Shown here: positions 16,795-24,600 of the stretch, one piece after another
Layout of the letters: each line of letters begins with the position of its first letter
Numbering within the stretch: position 1 is the first letter of the stretch
Source of the DNA: Eubacteriales bacterium
GTDB taxonomy: Bacteria; Bacillota; Clostridia; Oscillospirales; CAG-272
Reading direction: 5' to 3'
Assembly: GCA_045613985.1 (NCBI GenBank)
Contig: JAZLCA010000001.1
Span: 616-64,615 of the forward strand
DNA length: 64,000 nt
Notes under the pieces: model-generated
What the model saw: the letters and a program-made list of their open reading frames with translations, nothing else
What the model was told of the DNA's origin: nothing
The model's database searches: none
Position numbers and translations under genes: made by a program

Positions 16795-16860
16795 ATTTTA
16801 CTCAAAGCAAGAGAACATATATAAAACATTTTACTCAAAGCAAGAGAACATATATAAAAC
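16795..16860 (+). repeat. 2 x 33-bp perfect tandem repeat (ATTTTACTCAAAGCAAGAGAACATATATAAAAC)
   Basis: Each unit contains TTTACT-17-TATAAA. A partial third unit follows. Confidence 0.9.
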
Positions 16861-16899
16861 ATTTCACTTATATTGATTGAATCAAAAGAGGAATAAAAA

Positions 16900-17151
16900 A
16901 TGATATTTAAGCAAGTTAGATTAATTTTCGATGAGTATGGAAACTGTATATTTCATGGTGATAAATGTATAGTAACACCAAATGAACCAGCCGCTTCTAC
17001 TAAGCAGGTTTATGGCAAGGAAGGCTATAGCTTTATGAAGGAAGAAGAATACTTGACCGCTATTGCTGCAGAAGGTTGGGCATTGCACACTGCTAATTAT
17101 TGTGTTCTTGGAAGGCAAGAAGCTCACTATTTCTTATTTGTGAAAGAATAA
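16900..17151 (+). CDS. Small hypothetical protein (83 aa)
   Basis: RBS AAAGAGGAA. No recognised domain. Confidence 0.5.
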   Translation: MIFKQVRLIFDEYGNCIFHGDKCIVTPNEPAASTKQVYGKEGYSFMKEEEYLTAIAAEGWALHTANYCVLGRQEAHYFLFVKE

Positions 17152-17438
17152 TAATTGGCATGTAAACATATATTTTTTCTCAAGGCAAGGTAGCCATAAG
17201 AAGAATGCCGCTTTTGAAAACTGTTAGTAGTTGCGAGATGCGATGTTATTCCAATGTGCAAAAGTGAACAAGAACATTTGCTTAGTATTCAAAGCCGTGA
17301 TCGTGGCTATTTACAAAAACAACGAGTAGTCAAGACTCCTCGTCTCCTCATCTGCGTAGCAAACTGTGTAACACCCCTTCAAAAATTGCGTAACAACTAA
17401 AAAATAAAGCCTTGAAAACGTAATGTTTTCAAGGCTTT

Positions 17439-17677
<239 letters not shown>

Positions 17678-17685
17678 ATATTTGG

Positions 17686-17791
17686 TTTTTGTAGCCGGCG
17701 GGAGTCTTGCGACTTCTGCGTCCCGAACGGCCGAGTCGCACTCGAAGAGAGTGCGCGAGGAGAAGCTCATACCAAGCTGAGCCACACCTCG
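17686..17791 (-). pseudogene. tRNA-Pro-derived chimeric element (not foldable as a tRNA)
   Basis: The first ~23 nt are identical to tRNA-Pro. A 35-nt insert with a 7-bp hairpin follows, then CGTTCGGGACG..AGAAGTCGCAAG. There is no T arm or acceptor 3' strand. Confidence 0.4.
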
Positions 17792-17812
17792 AAATTGCGG
17801 ATACGCTTTGAA

Positions 17813-17841
17813 ATTATAGCATGCAAGCCTTGCTTTGTCAA
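17813..17841 (-). promoter_or_regulatory. Perfect consensus promoter TTGACA-17-TATAAT driving the tRNA locus
   Basis: -35 at 17841-17836 and -10 at 17818-17813 (minus strand). Confidence 0.8.
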
Positions 17842-17982
17842 GACTTTTTCAAAAAAAGATTGTCGCGCAGGCGTTTTTTGTCCTTCGAGGTGTTGACAAT
17901 TGAATAAAAAAGTAGTATTCTATACATATAATGGATGAGTCTACCAATCGGGAGACCATTCAATAAAAAAGGAGACATAGTT

Positions 17983-20466
17983 ATGTTTACATCTACGATA
18001 GCGATGATCGTCAGTGCTTCGTTGGCGGCGGTTGCTTTGCTGATTTTGTTGGTGTGCGTGCTTAAAAGCCTGTTCCGCCCGGTGCTCCGCAGCGGAATGC
18101 AGCTTTTGGTGGCAATTGTTTGTATCCCGGTTGCCATTTTGCTTGCCAAGATGGTGGGCGGTGTTCTTGTCGATACGTTGATCGGTCTTGTTGACGTGCC
18201 GATCGTGGACGCGGTGCTGGAGGAGCTTCCTTCTGCTTCTGCCGCAGCCACCGGATTGATCAAGATTCTGGTCGCACCCTTTTTGTTCGTCGTGTTTTAT
18301 TTGATCCTGTGGGTTGTCATCGGCGCGATTGTCGGCGCGGTTATTCGCATGATGGAGCGCGGTAATTCGAGAGTCGCTTGTTATCGCAACTGCTGGATCG
18401 GCCTGGGCATTGGCGTGATGTGCGCCATGGTGCTTGTTGTCGTATTTTTCGTTCCCCTGTCCGGTCTGACGGGCGTGGCCAACGATGCCATTGAGGCAGG
18501 AGTGCTTGAGTTGGAGGACGAGGACGGCGATCCCTTGATCGATCTGTCCCGCGAGGACTGTGAAAACCTGGACAAAATACTGAACGCCCCCGCATTGAAT
18601 ATTTCCCGTTCGCTGGGCGGCGAGTCCCTGTTCCGTTCTTTGACTACGGTGAATTTCACCGGCGAGGAGCTGTCGCTGACGGGTGAGATTAACAATGTCT
18701 GCGAGCTTGTCATGGTGGCATCCCCTCTTCTGAACACGCCTTTGGCCGAATTGGAGGATGAGGACGTTCAAGCCATCGAGCAGCAGCTTCCCATCGTTTT
18801 TGAAAATTCTTCTCTTTTGCGGGTGCTGGGTGCTGAGGCACTGTCCGGCGTATCCCGCGCTTGGCTGAACGGAGATGAGTTTGTCACCTTCGAAAAGCCC
18901 GAGATGGAGGGCATGGTAGCCATCGTAGTGGATTCGGTGCTGGAAATCTTTGAGGATACCACGCCCGAGACCATCGTGGAAGATATTCGTTCCCTGGCTC
19001 CTGCATTTTCCGCGGCTATCGCCGTAACCAAGCTGCAGGCGGGTGCTGATATCGAGGATATCGTAGACGCTTTGGCCGAGGCGGCGGTTTCTCCTGAAAT
19101 CAAGGGCCTTTTGGTTAGCGCCGGTGTCCGTATTCTGGCAGAGGAACTCAATCTTTATGAAAATAAGGAAGCCATCCACGACGCATATGCTACCGCACTG
19201 GCTGAGCTTTCGCAGAAGGATCTGACCCGTCAGGATCTGGTGGACGAGATCACCACCCTGAACGACCGTTTCGTTATCGATATGACCGCGCAGGACATTG
19301 AGGCTCTGGCTGATGCTATTCTTGATCTGCCGTTTGAAGAGAATCTGGACGTCGCTCCTTCGGCATCTTTGCCGGCGAACGGTGCCGCCGTTCTTCAGCC
19401 CTGCCTTGGCACGCAGATTCCCGTGATCGAATTTTTGGCAGAAAAGAATCCCTTGGCCGAGTGGCTGGCCAAATTGGTTACCAGCACCTCGGAGCAGACC
19501 TCGACGCTTGGTTGGCTGGCCGAAAGCGAGGAGATTCCCTCTTCTCTGGTCACGAGTGAAGATCTGATGGCTGTTGCGGACAAGGACGCGCTGGCGGATC
19601 TGGGCAAGGAAGAAATGACCGAGCTGATCATTGTGGCGGCTCAGATGCTGGTTTCCGAGGAAAAACCCTCCATCACCGACGTTTTGACTACGGTTGGCGA
19701 ATCGCTTTCGGGCGTAGCCGCCTCCGACAAGGGCCAGGATCTGGTGACTACCCTGATCACCGGCGTGATGCAGAGCGATAAGGTATGCGATACCCTGGGC
19801 ATCACCCCCGGCCAGGCAACCGGTCTTGCCAATTCGCTCAAGGAAAGCGGAAGCCTGGATAATTTGAGCCAGACGGCAGCTGACGTTACCAAGTTGATGA
19901 ATATCATCGATCAGCTGCAAAAGGGTGGCGCTTCGGCGGCAGATAAGCTGTCGGCTGAGGAGCTGCACTCCCTTATTTCCACGATGAACGATTCGACCGC
20001 CGAGCTGCTCCGCACGATGTGTGCTCCCGAAATGCTGTCCAAGATGGGCGTTCCTTCTCAATACACCTACGCTGTCTCTCACTTGACGCGTGATCTTTTG
20101 GAAGGCTTGATCAAGGCTCGCAAGAATTGGAGCGAGGAGGCTTATCAGAAAGAAGCCGATGCGCTGTACCAGATTCTCAAGTTGGCCATCGGTGCCAAGA
20201 ACAGCAAGGGCAATACCTTTGAGGAGAGAGTTGGCATGACGGCAGAGGAGCTGATCGAGACCGTTCAGGCATCCGAACTGATGCTGGACGTTCTGCCTGA
20301 CTCCATCAATGAGCTGTACGATGAGATGCCCGATGCACTCGGTCTGTCCAAGAAGATTTCCGAAAAGGATCGCAATCATCTCAAGAACAAGATCGAGGAG
20401 TATAAGGACTCGGCCAACCCCCGCGGTGATGCGCTGCTCGACGCGCTGGGCCGCATGCTTGGTTGA
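17983..20466 (+). CDS. Large membrane protein: multi-TM (CvpA-like) N-terminus and a long acidic helical C-terminal region
   Basis: ATG at 17983 follows AAAGGAGA. A terminator lies downstream. TTGACA-17-TATTCT at 17893-17921. Confidence 0.7.
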   Translation: MFTSTIAMIVSASLAAVALLILLVCVLKSLFRPVLRSGMQLLVAIVCIPVAILLAKMVGGVLVDTLIGLVDVPIVDAVLEELPSASAAATGLIKILVAPFLFVVFYLILWVVIGAIVGAVIRMMERGNSRVACYRNCWIGLGIGVMCAMVLVVVFFVPLSGLTGVANDAIEAGVLELEDEDGDPLIDLSREDCENLDKILNAPALNISRSLGGESLFRSLTTVNFTGEELSLTGEINNVCELVMVASPLLNTPLAELEDEDVQAIEQQLPIVFENSSLLRVLGAEALSGVSRAWLNGDEFVTFEKPEMEGMVAIVVDSVLEIFEDTTPETIVEDIRSLAPAFSAAIAVTKLQAGADIEDIVDALAEAAVSPEIKGLLVSAGVRILAEELNLYENKEAIHDAYATALAELSQKDLTRQDLVDEITTLNDRFVIDMTAQDIEALADAILDLPFEENLDVAPSASLPANGAAVLQPCLGTQIPVIEFLAEKNPLAEWLAKLVTSTSEQTSTLGWLAESEEIPSSLVTSEDLMAVADKDALADLGKEEMTELIIVAAQMLVSEEKPSITDVLTTVGESLSGVAASDKGQDLVTTLITGVMQSDKVCDTLGITPGQATGLANSLKESGSLDNLSQTAADVTKLMNIIDQLQKGGASAADKLSAEELHSLISTMNDSTAELLRTMCAPEMLSKMGVPSQYTYAVSHLTRDLLEGLIKARKNWSEEAYQKEADALYQILKLAIGAKNSKGNTFEERVGMTAEELIETVQASELMLDVLPDSINELYDEMPDALGLSKKISEKDRNHLKNKIEEYKDSANPRGDALLDALGRMLG

Positions 20467-20499
20467 TCAAAGCATCATTCTATATTATATATAAGACAA

Positions 20500-20550
20500 A
20501 ACAGAGAAGAGAGGGCGGAGCTACGGCTCCCCCTCTCTTCTCTGTTTGGT
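20500..20550 (+). terminator. Long hairpin / terminator
   Basis: 16-bp stem AACAGAGAAGAGAGGG / CCCTCTCTTCTCTGTT with an inner GGAGC/GCTCC stem. Confidence 0.6.
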
Positions 20551-20662
20551 GTGTTGGGATATGGAGAATATCCTTGTAAGGCGCATAATATATATAATGA
20601 TGTATTGCGCTGCTCTTGCGGGACGTTGGGCAGGTTTTCTATAAAAATATTTGTAAAAAATC

Positions 20663-20691
20663 TTGCATTTATCTTCACGGTATGGTATAAT
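20663..20691 (+). promoter_or_regulatory. Promoter TTGCAT-17-TGgTATAAT
   Basis: -35 at 20663-20668 and -10 at 20686-20691, with a TG extension. Confidence 0.65.
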
Positions 20692-20730
20692 GTCCCCAAG
20701 CACCATAAAATCGTGCTTTGAGAGGAAATT

Positions 20731-21534
20731 ATGTTCAGGATAGCGATTTGCGATGATATGCAGTCACATGCAGCGGAGTTGGCCAAAATGCTCACCTCCC
20801 TCGCCATGGAAATTCCCATGGAGTGCGAGGTGGAGGTTTTTCGCAGCTTCAAAGCGTTGCAAAAGGCAATGAGTGAGAATGGCTTCCGACTCTTGTTTCT
20901 CGAAACGCGACTTGGTGGTATCAGTGGGATCGATTTTGCACGGCGCCTGCGGATGATCGACGAGGAGATCGACATCGTCTTCTGCTCGTCCGAGTCCGAT
21001 AGCGCACTCGCAGCGTACACGGTCTTTCCCGTCGGGTACATTACCAAGCCGGTGGACAGGAAGAAGCTTCGGGAGGTGTTCCGCCATGTGACGGACAGGT
21101 ATCGTCAAAAGCCCTCAATTGTGCTAAGAGGCATTGACGGTGGCGAGCGGATGATCTGCGTGGACGACATACTTTATATTGAAGTATTCGGCGCGGAGCT
21201 GGAGGTTCATGCCAAACGAGGCGTGGTACACTGCTCCGGAACGTTGGTCGAAGCCGGCAGCCTGCTATCATCAAAGGATTTCTATCGGTGCCATCGCAGT
21301 TACATTGTGAACCTGCGCTACACCACCGGTGTGGAGCGGTATCAGTTCAGAATGATCAACGGTGATACCGTTGCCGTGGCAAAAAATCGATATGCCGAGG
21401 TCAAAGCGGCATTCGAGGAGTATGTTGGCGCGCGACGGGGGGTCATGGCAGGCGATGAGCAGGGTTTTTGCCCCTTGGCGACGAAAAAGGTCGACGAGCA
21501 GGCGGGTCGCGAACAAATTTTCGTGGACGGATAA
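20731..21534 (+). CDS. LytTR-family response regulator with an atypical receiver domain
   Basis: Receiver motifs DD (8-9), S and K are present, but LLFLETRL has Glu58 (GAA at 20902-20904) where the phospho-Asp is expected. The LytTR domain includes YRCHRSYIVNL. Confidence 0.85.
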   Translation: MFRIAICDDMQSHAAELAKMLTSLAMEIPMECEVEVFRSFKALQKAMSENGFRLLFLETRLGGISGIDFARRLRMIDEEIDIVFCSSESDSALAAYTVFPVGYITKPVDRKKLREVFRHVTDRYRQKPSIVLRGIDGGERMICVDDILYIEVFGAELEVHAKRGVVHCSGTLVEAGSLLSSKDFYRCHRSYIVNLRYTTGVERYQFRMINGDTVAVAKNRYAEVKAAFEEYVGARRGVMAGDEQGFCPLATKKVDEQAGREQIFVDG

Positions 21535-21678
21535 ACGTAGTTTTGCCCACAAAAGGGTGAATTATGCCCAAAATATATCCCATTCATCGGATATATGTCC
21601 CGTTCATCAAAAAACGATGAAAAATTTTACGTTATGGTGTACAATGTTAGCACAAATCTTATTTTATGGAGGCAAATT

Positions 21679-24600
21679 ATGCTTACAAACAACAAAAAGA
21701 GCTTTTTTGTTAAGGGTATTGCTCTGCTTATGGCGATGCTCATGGTTCTTTCTGTTTGCCTGACCGGTTGCGGCAAGGCTGCAGAGGAAGCTGCAAAGAA
21801 TGCTCAGGACACCGCTGATAAGGCTGTGACTGATGCCGCTGCTGCTCAGTCCGCTGCTGATGCAGTGAAGAAGGAACTCGAGAAGTACTTCACCTCTGAA
21901 CAGACTAAGGCAGAGGCTGGCAAGCTGATCGAGGAGGCACTGAAGCCCTACGCTACCACCGAGGCTCTGGCTGCTTTCGTTAAGTCTGAGGACTTCGAGG
22001 CACTGAAGTCTCAGCTGAACGACTTCGTAAAGCTTGATGCTGTCAACGCCGCTATCGCAAAGGCTGTTGAGGGCAAGGTCACCGCTGCTGAGCTGGAAGC
22101 TATCCAGAAGAAGCTGGCTGCTGACATCAAGAAGAATGAGACTGCTATCTCTGATGCAGTTAATTCTCTGAAGTCCTACGCTACCGACGCTGAGGTTGAC
22201 GCTATTAAGAAGGCCCTGGAAGACAAGATTTCCAAGGGTGACAAGGCTATTAACGACGCTCTGGCTGACTACGTTAAGACTGCAGATCTGACTGCTGTTC
22301 AGAACGCTCTGAACGACAAGATCGCTGCTACCGACAAGGCTGTTGCTGCTGCTGTTGAGTCCCTGAAGGGCTACGTTAAGGCTGATGAGTATGCTCTGCT
22401 GGTTTCCTCCGTTCAGGAGATGACCTTCAAGATGCAGACTCTTGACAAGGAGCACTACGGTATGGTTATGCAGACCCTGGCTCCTTACGTTGAGAACCAG
22501 GAGGCTCTGGCTTCTTCCGTTCAGTATCTGATGGACGAGATCGCTATGATCGATAAGAAGCACAATGACCACGTTGTTGAGCTGCTTGCTGGTTACACCA
22601 CCACCGAGAACTTCGATCTGCTGGCTTCCGCAGTTCAGGCTCTGGAGGCTGACCTGTTCGAGCTGCACATGAACGTTAAGGCAGAGATCGCAACTCTGAC
22701 TCAGAATCAGGAGCTGCTGACTGCTGGCGTTGCTCGTCTGGACGCTGCTCTGGAAGAGCTGCACATGAACGTTAAGGCAGAGATCGCTGATCACGACGTT
22801 AAGCTGGATAATCTGTTCGCAATGCTCGAGCAGCACAAGATCGACACTCGCGATATGGGCAAGGAGATCCAGGCCGCTCTGGTGAACTACGCTACCAAGG
22901 TTGAGGTTGAGGCTCTTGAGGGTCGTCTGGACAGACTGGAAGACGTTGTCAGAGGCATTCTGAACGCATTCTACACTCCCGAAGAGGTTAAGACCTTCGC
23001 TGAGGAAGGTTTCGATATCCTGGACGTTGATCCTGCTATCATCGCAGTTCAGTTCCAGAACAAGATGAACACCGTTGACGGCTCCATGTCCCTGGCTGAC
23101 TGGAACGCAACCACCACTAAGATCCTGGTTGAGACCATCGACAACATCCAGAAGCTGCTCGAAAGACTGTACGAGGATGCTGACGGTCTGGTTCACAACG
23201 ACGATCACGTTGATGCTTACCTGTACGCTCGCAAGATGGCTATCAACGAGTATCTTGCTCCTCTGTACACCGAGGCATTCAATCCTACTACCGGCGACCT
23301 GAACGACAGCTACGTTGTTCGCAAGGGTCTGGAGTACGCAGTTCTGCGCGCTGCTAATGCTGCTGAGCTGCTGAAGATGAGCACCGCTATCGCTAACGCT
23401 CTGGACGTTAACACCTTCGCTGACGACCTGAAGGAACTGTACGAGACCTACCTGTACACCATCGGCTGCGCTGATGCTGACCACCACAAGAACACTCAGG
23501 TCGTTACCATCGAGCACAAGGGCGAGATCAACACCTTCGCTGACAAGTTCGACGAACTGCTGATTTCCTACCTGTTCGACTATAACACCGTTACCGAGAA
23601 GACCTTCAACGCTTTCGAAGATACCAAGTATTTTGCTGCTACCGGCAATGCAAATTACAACTTCGGTAAGCAGCCCACTATGGCTGTTTACTCCTTCGCT
23701 GGCAAGCTGTACACCTACACTGACAACGGCGCATCCTTCAAGATTGGTAAGGACGTCTACACCAGAGTTGGCTACACCATCATCTTCGACGGTGAGGGCA
23801 TGCTGTGGAAGAAGGCAGACGCTTACGGTCTGTACTACCTGCCTACCGACATGAACGACTTCCAGTATGACGGCGCTGCTATCAAGACCGTTAAGGTTGA
23901 TGGCCACCACGGTAGCCTGAATGATATTTGGGTTGCTGACAAGTCCGGCAATGCTGGTATCTACGAGGCTCTGATTCAGCAGTCTTACGACGCTCAGGAT
24001 CTGATCGACCTCGCTAACGAGAAGTTCAAGCTGTTCCTGAACGACGTTGTTAAGGCATACGGCGTTTCCAAGGCAGTTGCTGACTTCAACAAGTACAACG
24101 TTACCATGGATAGCTACGCTGCTAGCAACTTCGAAGTTAAGGAACTGGCTGCTACCAAGGACGTTGCTCTGAACACCTACGCTGACATTTCCAAGATCTC
24201 TGACATGCAGTTCCTGTATGCTCTGGCTGTTGGTATGTGCACTCCCGTTGCAGAGAGAACTGTTGATTACACCATCTACCTGACTGGCGCTGCAAGCGTT
24301 CAGACCTACGTTGAGGCTGCTCTGGCTCGCAACACTTGTGTTGATGCAGATCACAAGGCTCTCAACCACACCGATGTTGTTAAGGGTGCTATCTATCACT
24401 ACGATCTGTACCAGAAGATGATCGATAAGGCTTGGTTCCTGACCTTCGAGCTGTATCGCACCTACGCTTACGAAATGACTCTGGATATCCTGGCAGACTA
24501 CATCTCTGTTCTGGATTACGCTATCGTTAACCCCACGGTTGATCCTAAGGCTACCGCTCTGGATGGCATTGATACCTTCCTCGCTAACTATGATATCGTT

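Larger units (their letters stand above)
10932..17438 (+). mobile_element. A+T-rich genomic island adjacent to tRNA-Pro
   Basis: Bracketed by the 208-bp direct repeats. Composition drops sharply versus the flanks. All genes are co-directional, and it carries a tyrosine recombinase and an XRE regulator. Confidence 0.75.
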
